Below are positions 1 through 12,235 of a DNA stretch of 52,698 nt, piece after piece (the stretch's first letter is position 1; each line of letters opens with the position of its first letter). Origin of the DNA: Octopus bimaculoides (Eukaryota); assembly GCF_001194135.2 (NCBI RefSeq), contig NC_068988.1:39221912-39274609 (forward strand), written 5' to 3'. A model generated the notes under the pieces. That model was not told the DNA's origin, searched no databases, and was given only the letters and a program-made list of their open reading frames with translations. A program made the position numbers and the translations under genes.

Positions 1-17
1 ACACACACACACACACA

Positions 18-70
<53 letters not shown>
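1..70. repeat. (CA)n microsatellite, one of dozens of (CA)n/(TA)n/(TACA)n/(GA)n runs in the window
   Basis: Direct dinucleotide run; similar runs flank nearly every N-gap. Confidence 0.95.
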
Positions 71-72
<2 letters not shown>

Positions 73-712
73 TACATACATATATTTCTGTCACGTCAGA
101 GATCTGAAAACTTGAGATTTGCTTCTGGTAACCATGCCAACAGGTATAACCTGTGTATGATTTTGCCGATAGCAACTATTTCGGCAACTGAATCAAGCAT
201 ACTTGCTGAGAAAGGTGATTTTAGACAACCTGTGAGATGGAAAACAAAGCTTGTCAAAGGGCAGACGAACTAAAAAGAGTCAACGACCTTCCAAGTCTGG
301 TTATATACTCACATGCAAACACACAAATGTATTTGATACATATTGATATATTTATATGTAAATATACAAAAATGATATGTACATGTATGTATGTGAGTGC
401 ATAAATCTATAGTATTTATGTAACTATATATGTGTNNNNNNNNNNNNNNNNNNNNNNNNNNNNNNNNNNNNNNNNNNNNNNNNNNNNNNNNNNNNNNNNN
501 NNNNNNNNNNNNNNNNNNNNNNNNNNNNNNNNNNNNNNNNNNNNNNNNNNNNNNNNNNNNNNNNNNNNNNNNNNNNNNNNNNNNNNNNNNNNNNNNATAT
601 ATATATATATATTTATATATATACATACATATATGCATATATAATATATATATGTATGTATATAAATATATATATATGTAATATATATGTATATACATAC
701 ATATATACATAT

Positions 713-766
<54 letters not shown>

Positions 767-780
767 TTACACACACACTT

Positions 781-830
<50 letters not shown>

Positions 831-961
831 GAGGGAAAGAGATAGATATATACACACAAATACATAAATATAAATACATGCATACATATAAATATACATA
901 TATATGCATATATATGCACAACTTTTATGCTCATTACAGTACAAAGTACTCATGCATAATG

Positions 962-996
<35 letters not shown>

Positions 997-1319
997 GTTT
1001 TCCCATGTATTTAAGTATGTGTGTATGAACATGTATATGTGTATATATGTGTATGTATGTTTGTATAAGTATGTATAAGTATAGATGTATGTATCTGTAT
1101 AAATATGTAAAAGTATATATGTGTGTAAATATGTGGGCATAGGATAAATTTGAACGTAGAAAACGGAACTTTTATATGCTTAAGATAATGTACACCTTTT
1201 TCACAAAAATATTACTTTTATTTTTTAAGTCTATGGCCGTATTACACAATATAATCGACTCATCTGAAGATTATCAGCACTCCTTTTAAAGTACACACAC
1301 ACACACACCCATACAAAGA

Positions 1320-1358
<39 letters not shown>

Positions 1359-3075
1359 TACGCATGAAACATTTACAGTTTGAATGTTTGATTGAAGAAG
1401 AGATATGTATGAACGACATTGGAATTATTTTCCCATCCCCGTTGGGTGTATACTTTAACCAGAGCTTGTCAGTGTAACAAATGTCTTAATAAAGGTTTTA
1501 AATATATAGCTGTAAGACGTGTTCTATCATTTCCTTTGAAGTTCTAATACTCTAGTTGTAAGTAGTTGAAATTTATAGAAATTTATTATGTCAGCAGTTT
1601 CCAGCCGAAATCTACAGTGTATATGCGTGTATTTACACGGAAGTATAGAAGAACTCACAAACATACGCACACATATACACATATACTGTGTTTATATCTT
1701 TTCACACATGAAATGTATGTATGTATGTAAGTATGTATGTGTCTAACTGCCTCTTAGTGAGTCTATCTTTTTATCTCTTTATCCACCTCTCCTCTGTCTA
1801 TGTATGAATATGTGTGTATGTATGTTTGCATGTGTGTGTGCATATGTGCATATATATGTGTGTGTGTGTGTATATATATATTTATATATATATGCGTACA
1901 GACACGCATACACAGACTCACGCGCACGCGCGCAATTCGTATTCTTGCCAATTACATACAAAGTTAACAAACTCATAATATTTAATGTCTATAACAGGCA
2001 TTGAATGATTCGTAAATCGTTCACATGGAAAGGATCGATCGGAAACTTTTGAAAGTTTTCAATTTCTCAATAAACAAATGAAAGGTCTTCCAAAGTTTCT
2101 TCTAGAATTCCTCGAAATAGCAGCCAAATCTCGCTTATATGATATCTCTTTTCTTTTAAACAATAAATAACATTTTGGGTAGAGTTCCCCAAGGACTATA
2201 CGTTTATGAAAAATGAAAAATGAAATACAAATTGATTAAGAGGATAATGTCTTAAACACTTGATGTGTGTGCTCAATAATAAGCGACTTAGAGCTCAACA
2301 AGAACAACACTTAAGCATCTTCAAATTTCTTACTATTAAGTTATGTAGCTCAATTTGGTTTCTTGTCCAGTTCTCACAGTGTTGTTGTGGCATAAACCCA
2401 GCACAGCTTTGAGTGAACAGAATAATTGTCAACGGTATTCCATTATAAACAACCAGTTTTTAAATTGTATCTGGGATACCAAATATAGTAAAATTGGGAG
2501 TAACTTTACAATCAGGAGTGGAACGTACAATTTCCTGTAATTCAGACCGTCTCATGGTCCCAACAGAGGATAACGAGAGAGATGTACTGGAACAGCCATT
2601 CCGATTCACGGGGCTCGCAGTTGCGGAAGGCCATCACCGCCCCGATATCAGTGAACAGGGATATGGTCCGGGAGCCGAGAACGCCAGAGATCGACCGATG
2701 CTTTGCATTTTGATCTTCCTCTTTTCTTAAGCCAGATGCGATCTGAAGATAACGTCTCAGCATCTCAAAATACAACAACGTCTTCCCAACTAGACTGTTC
2801 CAGGGTCGATCCTACTTCGGCATAACTGGAGGAAAGTAACTTCTATCATAGCCTTGGGCTGATCAAATATTTGTGTCTCCATTTTGGTAGATAGAAGTTT
2901 TACCAAAGACAGTCATATAAAAACATACGTTACACTCACTCACACACAAACACACGCGCACGCACATTAATATATGTATAGATAGATACTAATAATAAGG
3001 ATTATTACGAAGAAGTATTAGCATTAGCTTCAATTCCTAGTATATATATATGTATATACATATCGTGAAGTATAT

Positions 3076-3203
3076 TTGCCACTTAAATATGGCTAACCCT
3101 TAAAGGTTGATGCTACTGTAGGTTGTAGCTCCAGGAAGACATCTCCAGCTGGCTATTGACACACTTTCTGTGCCCTTAAGGGTTAGCCACATTTAAGTGG
3201 CAA
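3076..3203. mobile_element. MITE-like element of ~128 bp with 28-bp terminal inverted repeats
   Basis: ttgccacttaaatatggctaacccttaa (3076-3103) pairs with ttaagggttagccacatttaagtggcaa (3176-3203) with one mismatch; no ORF. Confidence 0.6.
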
Positions 3204-3236
3204 GTGCAGCTACTCTTTATACCCCGGTCAGAGATT

Positions 3237-3268
<32 letters not shown>

Positions 3269-3394
3269 NNNNNNNNNNNNNNNNNNNNNNNNNNNNNNNN
3301 NNNNNNNNNNNNNNNNNNNNNNNNNNNNNNNNNNNNNNNNNNNNNNNNNNNNNNNNNNNNNNNNNNNNNNNNNNNNNNNNNNNNNNTATATATA

Positions 3395-3578
3395 GGCGCA
3401 GGAGTGGCAGTGTGGTAAGTAGCTTGCTTACCAATCGCATGGTTCTGGGTCTGGGTTCAGTCCCACTACGTGCCACCTTCGGCAACCGACTTGTACAATA
3501 GTCTCGGGCCGACCAAAGTGTTGTGAGTAGATTTGGTAGACGGAAACTGAAAGAAGCCCGTTGTATATATATATGTGT

Positions 3579-3617
<39 letters not shown>

Positions 3618-3846
3618 TGCGCGCGTGCGCGTATGTATGTGTTTGTATCTTCACTATCGCTTGACAACCAATGCTGGTGTGTTTGCATCCCCGTAACTCA
3701 GCGGTTCGGCAAATGAGATCAATAGAATAAGTACAAGGCTTGCAAAGAATAAGTCCTAGAGTCGATTTGTTCGACTAAAGGCGGTGTTCCAACATGGCCG
3801 CAGTCAAATGACTGAAAGAAGTAAAAGAATAAAAGAATAAAAGAAT
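3395..3846 (+). mobile_element. tRNA-derived SINE family A, full-length copy
   Basis: Head ggcgcaggagtggcagtgtggtaag...gggttcagtccc (A/B-box-like), internal (TA/TG)n tract, 3' body ending ggccgcagtcaaatgactgaaa and an (AAAAGAAT)n tail; the same sequence recurs more than 15 times in the window. Confidence 0.9.
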
Positions 3847-4099
3847 ATATATATATATTTATATATGTCAATAAGAATAAAGAGAATGGTGGACTTGTAC
3901 ATCCACAAAATTTGTTTTATAGTTACATACAGTGTACTATAATGACCTACACGTGTTTCCACTGCCGTGTCTACTCACTGTTGCAAATGCAACATTGCAA
4001 AATTTTCCGTTTACCTTTATCAGGGTCCATCCATTTGGTCATCATCAAACATTATTGAGAGTACGCGAAGTACAATACAGATATCACAAACAACTACGA

Positions 4100-4190
4100 A
4101 TAAGGTGTTTGTTTAACGCTTCACATGATTACAGTGTGTCTTGACTTTTCGAGCGTTAGTTCTTTTTCAGAAAGGAAATTATATGAAAAG
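4100..4190 (-). mobile_element. Decayed copy of the minimal-hammerhead repeat seen at 7500-7670
   Basis: The - strand reads cctttctgaaaaagaactaacgctcgaaaagtcaag...agcgttaaacaaacacct, which aligns by eye to 7544-7620. Confidence 0.5.
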
Positions 4191-4867
4191 GAAATATCAG
4201 GAGAAAGAGAGGTGAAAGAAACAGAGAGAGTGTGCGAAAAAAGAAAAAAAAAAGAAAAAATAATATACGCACGTGTGTGCTCGCGCACACACACACATAT
4301 GTCTGTATGTATGATTATTGTGTATGTATTTATGTATCTGTGTGCGCATAGGGTGTGTGTATATAATTCGCTGATTGTATATGGGAGAAAGATGTATGGA
4401 TTGACATAAATACGATACTCTTTGAGCAAAGTAGTTACTGACGATGAAGTATTCTGCACCGAATTTCAACCGTCTGTAACCAACAACGTAATTCTCCACA
4501 AAATGTATACAATAATTAAATATAAAAAATACATAACTCGATATTTTGGTAGACTCCTGTCTTACACCAGCAACCCACGTGTTGGAGTTTCTATCCCCTC
4601 ACCCCATCAACCTCAGACACACGATAAAAAGGTTATAGAGTTGCTCAACTCCTTCTGAAGAATTCATTAAAGTATTTATTATTTTTTAAAATTTGTTGCT
4701 GCAAATTTGGCTGCTGTTGCTGTTCTGCTACTATGATTGTCATTGTTGCAAAACTATGAATGTGAAAACTGCTGAAAACATCGCACTCAACAATTATATT
4801 TTCCATTTGATAAATTGTTTATAAACACATCATTTCAACCACACCATATTTTCACACGCATTCATGC

Positions 4868-4939
<72 letters not shown>

Positions 4940-5720
4940 CTGTCTGAGTGAATACATTTCCACTTCAGTTATAGAAAAGACGGATATACATACATGTATC
5001 GGCATACATAGCTACATACATACATGCATACATACATACATACATGCATGCAAGTATGCATATANNNNNNNNNNTATATATATATATATATATATATACA
5101 TATAGATAATGGGTAAATATTATTATAAGATCTGGTAATTAGTCATATATTAATATATTAATTAATATCGATTAATTATCAGGGGGCCAGCACATTTAAA
5201 GAATCAAAGGGATTCAGAAATATTATCTGCAATCTCAGGGGATTAAGGTACATTTTAAAAAATAACGTCGACCACTAACGTGGACAATTAATGCGCTAGA
5301 AATAGATCACGTCTTGTGTCTATTAAGACCTAAAAAGTTCTCAAGATAGATAGATATGTATATAATATATAATATAAATATATATATGCATATATAGATG
5401 ATAAATATATTTGTGCTTGTGTATGTATACACATACTCCCACATTCTGCTAAATGACCACTCATTAAGTACATTGGCATTAAATATACCATTTCTAAAAT
5501 AATCAAATTAAAAAAAAAAAAGCTGAAAGCAAATAGAACCTTAATAAAAAAAAATAATGACAAAATAAATAACGAAATAACAAAATAACAAAATAACGAT
5601 ACAACAAATGGAAGAAAAGGAAACATGATACTGCGTAGAAGAGTGTTGCATGAATAAGATTCGTTATGGTACAGTAAAGATAGATGGTTTTAAAATTATC
5701 TTCTGCCTCCGAGTGTCGAG

Positions 5721-5861
5721 TTATGTTGGGTAACTTGGTTTGTTGGTTTCTTTCCAAGTAACACCCGATGTAGGATCCCAGTTCCTCAAAGTAGGGTTTA
5801 GTGGTGGAGGGTACGGCGGGGTAAAATAACGGATAACGGTTATCTGACAGTAATAGGGAAC
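5721..5861 (-). CDS. Candidate terminal coding exon of an unidentified gene (VPYYCQITVIRYFTPPYPPPLNPTLRNWDPTSGVTWKETNKPSYPT*)
   Basis: Acceptor gtttatatttcag|GTT, 46 open codons to TAA, non-repetitive with locally raised GC/CpG; no homolog recognised, and a second frame is also open. Confidence 0.3.
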   Translation of the reverse strand, partial: VPYYCQITVIRYFTPPYPPPLNPTLRNWDPTSGVTWKETNKPSYPT

Positions 5862-6030
5862 CTGAAATATAAACACGCTATCATCTTACACCCCGTTTTC
5901 GAAATAAAATTAAATGTAATTTCGGTGAACCTCTAAGAAGAACAAAGCCAGTATTAAAAACAATTAAAAAAAATTAGCAATCCCAAAAGCAAAGAGCAAA
6001 TGCTGAAAATCAAAGAAAAGAAAACACACA

Positions 6031-6080
<50 letters not shown>

Positions 6081-6866
6081 NNNNNNNNNNNNNNNNNNNN
6101 NNNNNNNNNNNNNNNNNNNNNNNNNNNNNNNNNNNNNNNNNNNNNNNNNNNNNNNNNNNNNNNNNNNNNNNNNNNNNNNNNNNNNNNNNNNNNNNNNNNN
6201 NNNNNNNNNNNNNNNNNNNNNNNNNNNNNNNNNNNNNNNNNNNNNNNNNNNNNNNNNNNNNNNNNNNNNNNNNNNNNNNNNNNNNNNNNNNNNNNNNNNN
6301 NNNNNNNNNNNNNNNNNNNNNNNNNNNNNNNNNNNNNNNNNNNNNNNNNNNNNNNNNNNNNNNNNNNNNNNNNNNNNNNNNNNNNNNNNNNNNNNNNNNN
6401 NNNNNNNNNNNNNNNNNNNNNNNNNNNNNNNNNNNNNNNNNNNNNNNNNNNNNNNNNNNNNNNNNNNNNNNNNNNNNNNNNNNNNNNNNNNNNNNNNNNN
6501 NNNNNNNNNNNNNNNNNNNNNNNNNNNNNNNNNNNNNNNNNNNNNNNNNNNNNNNNNNNNNNNNNNNNNNNNNNNNNNNNNNNNNNNNNNNNNNNNNNNN
6601 NNNNNNNNNNNNNNNNNNNNNNNNNNNNNNNNNNNNNNNNNNNNNNNNNNNNNNNNNNNNNNNNNNNNNNNNNNNNNNNNNNNNNNNNNNNNNNNNNNNN
6701 NNNNNNNNNNNNNNNNNNNNNNNNNNNNNNNNNNNNNNNNNNNNNNNNNNNNNNNNNNNNNNNNNNNNNNNNNNNNNNNNNNNNNNNNNNNNNNNNNNNN
6801 NNNNNNNNNNNNNNNNNNNNNNNNNNNNNNNNNNNNNNNNNNNNNNNNNNNNNNNNNNNNNNNNNN

Positions 6867-7356
6867 AATCTTCAATGGTAATGGACTGAACTGAACCGTA
6901 ACTAATCTGTACATCCTCTGATAACTCATGGATGGTGATTCGATGATTTCCCCTCACAGCTGCACGTATATCTGCGATGTTTTTCTCACTTCTGCTGGTT
7001 GCGGGTCTCCCAGAACGTTCGTAAATATCGACATTTTCCATCCTGGAAAGGTCTGAACCCCTCCTATACTTGTGTGCGGCTAATACACTCCCCTCCATAC
7101 AGTTTCTGCAACTTTGTGTAGGTCGCTGAGCAGGTATCGCCATGACAACTTTCTCTGTCATTGTCAATGCGACGATCACATGCTACGTACCTTCCTTCCA
7201 AGCACTGCTGTAAACAGCGGAAGTGAACTAGAACGTTAAAACTTAGTGCGCCTGCACTGGAGAGTTCAAGATCCATTTTTGCCTATCGGCTTTACTCTGC
7301 GCGCTTTAACTTTGTTACTATGACAATAATCCGGATACTTATTGATCAAACTTGAA
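6867..7356 (-). mobile_element. Mariner (Tc1/mariner) transposon 5' fragment with a frameshifted transposase N-terminus; truncated by a gap
   Basis: Two frames give ATYTKLQKLYGGECISRTQVY and ERSGRPATSRSEKNIADIRAAVRGNHRITIHELSEDVQISYGSVQSI (mariner HTH-type motifs); TIR-like gtttgatcaataagtatccggat on the - strand at ~7330-7352. Confidence 0.85.
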
Positions 7357-7499
7357 ACATAAAACTACCTTTCTTTCTTTCCCTGAGAGTCTGTTAATAA
7401 TTTGCATGTACTACGACCTCGCGTTATTGTTTTTCTTGCCTTTTTTCTTCATTCTTTTAATTAACTATATACATACATACATACATACATACTTGATTG

Positions 7500-7670
7500 A
7501 CCGCTAGCTCCTAAAGTTTTTTCTCTGTTTATTTCATCGTGTTCCTTTCTGTTGAAGAGCGTAGGCTCGAAACGTAAAAGGCTTTCTCACCTTCCCGAGC
7601 GTTAAACTAATACACCTGTTTGTTGTTTATACACACGTCTTCGTCTTTTGTTTTTCTTTAAATTTCAACT
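7500..7670 (+). mobile_element. Short repeat carrying a minimal type I hammerhead-ribozyme fold (Penelope-like terminal or retrozyme-type sequence)
   Basis: ccttt-CTGTTGA-a-gagc(gtag)gctc-GAAA-c-GTA-aaagg at 7544-7581: stems I and II pair perfectly and stem III is a loopless palindromic ACGT; the core has A6>U. Confidence 0.6.
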
Positions 7671-7675
7671 ATACA

Positions 7676-7742
<67 letters not shown>

Positions 7743-7993
7743 ATATATATATACATACACACACACATACACGCACATACCAGTGACTTATTTTACGACG
7801 CGAGTGGTGAAGAATAAATTCGTGGTTTACAGTTTCCTTCCATTTCTGACAGCAAGAATGCCAATAGAGTGCGAGTAGTATGGTGCAGAACAAATATCGG
7901 AAGACATGTTGTTGAAACAAAAAGTCTTTACTTATCTTTCACCTATACACATCGCTGAATGATACACACATGAGAACATTCATGTACATACAT

Positions 7994-8030
<37 letters not shown>

Positions 8031-8936
8031 NNNNNNNNNNNNNNNNNNNNNNNNNNNNNNNNNNNNNNNNNNNNNNNNNNNNNNNNNNNNNNNNNNNNNN
8101 NNNNNNNNNNNNNNNNNNNNNNNNNNNNNNNNNNNNNNNNNNNNNNNNNNNNNNNNNNNNNNNNNNNNNNNNNNNNNNNNNNNNNNNNNNNNNNNNNNNN
8201 NNNNNNNNNNNNNNNNNNNNNNNNNNNNNNNNNNNNNNNNNNNNNNNNNNNNNNNNNNNNNNNNNNNNNNNNNNNNNNNNNNNNNNNNNNNNNNNNNNNN
8301 NNNNNNNNNNNNNNNNNNNNNNNNNNNNNNNNNNNNNNNNNNNNNNNNNNNNNNNNNNNNNNNNNNNNNNNNNNNNNNNNNNNNNNNNNNNNNNNNNNNN
8401 NNNNNNNNNNNNNNNNNNNNNNNNNNNNNNNNNNNNNNNNNNNNNNNNNNNNNNNNNNNNNNNNNNNNNNNNNNNNNNNNNNNNNNNNNNNNNNNNNNNN
8501 NNNNNNNNNNNNNNNNNNNNNNNNNNNNNNNNNNNNNNNNNNNNNNNNNNNNNNNNNNNNNNNNNNNNNNNNNNNNNNNNNNNNNNNNNNNNNNNNNNNN
8601 NNNNNNNNNNNNNNNNNNNNNNNNNNNNNNNNNNNNNNNNNNNNNNNNNNNNNNNNNNNNNNNNNNNNNNNNNNNNNNNNNNNNNNNNNNNNNNNNNNNN
8701 NNNNNNNNNNNNNNNNNNNNNNNNNNNNNNNNNNNNNNNNNNNNNNNNNNNNNNNNNNNNNNNNNNNNNNNNNNNNNNNNNNNNNNNNNNNNNNNNNNNN
8801 NNNNNNNNNNNNNNNNNNNNNNNNNNNNNNNNNNNNNNNNNNNNNNNNNNNNNNNNNNNNNNNNNNNNNNNNNNNNNNNNNNNNNNNNNNNNNNNNNNNN
8901 NNNNNNNNNTATATATGTATATATTTATATATATAC

Positions 8937-8969
<33 letters not shown>

Positions 8970-9581
8970 TGCATATACATACACTCACACGTGTGTTTTT
9001 GTTTGTTTGTTTGTGTAGGTGTGTGTGTAAAGTAGTTTTTTTAAAGCATGTTCAAAGGTTTGAGAAAAACAACAAAATATTCACTGATAGACACTTGACT
9101 CAATTCTGAAAGTAGTTTCAAATTCATTTTAATTTTAGTGTTGACTTTCACTTCAAGTTTCCTCTAATGGCTCGCTCAATAAGCGGAACTCGAAGTTCTA
9201 GTTTAACACTAAATTTGCAATATACATACATGCATGCATACATACATACATACATATGTATGGCTTTGTAAATAAATGTCTAATTGTCAGTGTGGATAAC
9301 CTTGGATTTTCAGAAAAGAAACTAACCAACTGATTCGCACATTGATATACAATCTATAAGCGGATCAGTAGAACTATGCAAGACTTTCCTCAAGTTTAAA
9401 ATGTGACATTGTTTTCGTTATCTACATTCCAAAGATGGAGCTTTATATCTTTTTTAGAAACCATCTCCTTCTTCAGAGGAAGAATTTAAATGATTAAATA
9501 CAGAAGTGACATACATACATACATGCATACATACATACGTACGTACGTACGTGCATATATACAGACAGACACACGCACACG

Positions 9582-9613
<32 letters not shown>

Positions 9614-10367
9614 CACACACACACAATATACATACATGCATATANNNNNNNNNNNNNNNNNNNNNNNNNNNNNNNNNNNNNNNNNNNNNNNNNNNNNNNN
9701 NNNNNNNNNNNNNNNNNNNNNNNNNNNNNNNNNNNNNNNNNNNNNNNNNNNNNNNNNNNNNNNNNNNNNNNNNNNNNNNNNNNNNNNNNNNNNNNNNNNN
9801 NNNNNNNNNNNNNNNNNNNNNNNNNNNNNNNNNNNNNNNNNNNNNNNNNNNNNNNNNNNNNNNNNNNNNNNNNNNNNNNNNNNNNNNNNNNNNNNNNNNN
9901 NNNNNNNNNNNNNNNNNNNNNNNNNNNNNNNNNNNNNNNNNNNNNNNNNNNNNNNNNNNNNNNNNNNNNNNNNNNNNNNNNNNNNNNNNNNNNNNNNNNN
10001 NNNNNNNNNNNNNNNNNNNNNNNNNNNNNNNNNNNNNNNNNNNNNNNNNNNNNNNNNNNNNNNNNNNNNNNNNNNNNNNNNNNNNNNNNNNNNNNNNNNN
10101 NNNNNNNNNNNNNNNNNNNNNNNNNNNNNNNNNNNNNNNNNNNNNNNNNNNNNNNNNNNNNNNNNNNNNNNNNNNNNNNNNNNNNNNNNNNNNNNNNNNN
10201 NNNNNNNNNNNNNNNNNNNNNNNNNNNNNNNNNNNNNNNNNNNNNNNNNNNNNNNNNNNNNNNNNNNNNNNNNNNNNNNNNNNNNNNNNNNNNNNNNNNN
10301 NNNNNNNNNNNNNNNNNNNNNNNNNNNNNNNNNNNNNNNNNNNNNNNNNNNNNNNNNNNNNNNNNNN

Positions 10368-10402
<35 letters not shown>

Positions 10403-10414
10403 CGAGGTTCCGCA

Positions 10415-10545
10415 CAGTTTCAGTCTATCAGATTTCACTTATAAGGAGGCATTGGTCAGCCCTCGACTAGAAAACATTTCTGAGACAATGCGCATTGTGA
10501 ATGAACTCAAAACTCCTTGTTTACAATGCAACCTTCTTAACCATA
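10415..10545 (-). mobile_element. SINE family A head fragment, highly decayed (similar fragments at ~2783-2868 + and ~12325-12420 -)
   Basis: Partial match to the reverse complement of the family A head (cagtttc..tctatcagatttcact.ataagg..ttggtcagccc). Confidence 0.55.
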
Positions 10546-10940
10546 TAACTATTTTCCTTCTCTTCAATTTCGTAACATTTGTATTCGTCGCTATTAGCTG
10601 AAGAGCCTTTTTCGATTTTACAACACTTCTGCTACTTAGAGCCTTTATTTACCTCTTCTGTTTTCTGGTAGATAAATTGGATTAGCAGGAGGTAACAAGA
10701 TTTAAATACTCTTGTGGTTTAATTCTAATGGAGCAGCTAGATCTAGATCTATCACGAAAAGAATTTTTCTCTTTCTTTCTTTCTTTCTTTCTCCAGGAAC
10801 ATTTGTATTCGTCGCTATTAGCTGAACTAAGTTATTTTATCTACCTTTTTGTGACGAGCTGCATGATTTTTGAGAGATTTTGGCTTCTACTACTTTAGAA
10901 GCTTCTGAGATAATAAAATCTATCGGCTTCGCCGTGGAGA

Positions 10941-11156
10941 ACGCGTGTAGGGTGCTGAAAAGTTCCTAGCTTTAAGGGTATCGAGAAAAGTCTGGTTGGA
11001 AGCCCAACATTCCGAGTTTTTGTTACAAGGCTTAGAAAAATTGAAGGCCTGCTGCAATAAGTGTGTGAAGTGGAATATGTTGAATAAAATTATAATTAAA
11101 TGATCTTCTAGTATTTTCTTTTATCCAAAGCCAGGAACTTTTCACCACTCCCTCGT
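10941..11156 (+). mobile_element. Mariner-derived MITE of ~215 bp
   Basis: TIRs gggtgctgaaaagttcctagcttt / aaagccaggaacttttcaccactccctcgt; a second copy lies in the opposite orientation at 33403-33617. Confidence 0.75.
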
Positions 11157-11464
11157 GATTTCATAGATTCTTGTTTTAATCGTGCTAGGTTTTCTACTAC
11201 TCGAAATGTCACATGCAATTCTCTTTGCAGATTCCATACAATAGAGAGCAGCAGTAGTTTGGCGATTAAAGGTTAAAAGTTAAAGGTTAAAAGGATGATT
11301 GTGTTGACCAAGTCATTAAAGATGTACTCTCAATTGAAAATTCGACGAATATAATTTTTTCACGGACAGTGATGTATGACTGATGTTATAATCTCATCAC
11401 ATACATTAGTCAAGCCAGCATAGTAAACTTGACTATTGGTGCCAAGTAGAGGTACCATGTAAGG

Positions 11465-11746
11465 CAGTGGTTCCCAAACTTCTTCAGGTTGCCGCCCCCT
11501 TGGCACTCATGTCACATTCCTAGTACTCCCCTCACCATCTCAAAATAGACTGTTTTCTGAAGCAAAATTCAAAACAACTATATTTCACAAATAAAACTTA
11601 ACATGATTAACCCATTATTTTATTTTTGTTTTACATCAATCACCCCCTTTTGGCCACCCCATTATCGCACCACTTTTCTTCAACGCCAACCCTGGATTTT
11701 TTCAACGCCCCCAAGGAGGCGCTAATGACCATTTTGGGAACCCATG
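11465..11746. mobile_element. hAT-type (Charlie-like) non-autonomous DNA transposon
   Basis: Begins cagtggttcccaaa and ends tttgggaacccatg, typical hAT TIRs; the flanking 8-mers atgtaagg / atgtagca share 5 of 8 bases (decayed TSD). Confidence 0.65.
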
Positions 11747-12199
11747 ATGTAGCACCATAACATGTACTATGCTGAAGTAACGTTACTAGCTACAAATGAT
11801 TTCAAGAACAGAGAGAATAAGGCGCAAAATGTCTGTTCTCTTTATTGCTCTCTGTTATTCGTCATTGCATCAAAACAAGGCTTTCGGTGGTACAACCAGC
11901 ATCCTATAACGTATAGAAACGAGATGTTTATTAAGTCTTGCTGCTTCAACTGGAGTAAGAGATATGACATAGATATTATGTTTTTTTTTCTCCAAGTACC
12001 GTGGGATTTTCTACTATAAAAGGAAGGAAAAGAGAATGATTCGGTGATAAGCAATGATATTTTTTTTGATTATTACCATAAGAAAATGTATCCGTGTTTT
12101 TTTGAAAAAATAGTGATCTTTAATAACAAATAAAATCGTTATTGTTTACTTTATCACATTGATAGAGTTGAAGATAGGCGTACGACAATAATCACGTCA

Positions 12200-12235
12200 T
12201 ATGTCAGTAAGACCACTGGTGGTCTTACTGACATA
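12200..12235. repeat. Perfect 36-bp palindrome (17-bp arms, 2-nt spacer)
   Basis: tatgtcagtaagaccac-tg-gtggtcttactgacata. Confidence 0.9.

Noticed and set aside
2570-2670. Faint likeness of SLFTDIGAVM...LFQY to the DEG/ENaC TM2 region (DIGGQMGLF...LFDY)
   Set aside because: The intervening residues are polar, the GxS motif is absent, and no frameshift restores it.
4025-4105. 81-nt phase 0-0 exon candidate on the + strand (GPSIWSSSNIIESTRSTIQISQTTTNK)
   Set aside because: The donor is weak and lies inside the decayed hammerhead repeat.
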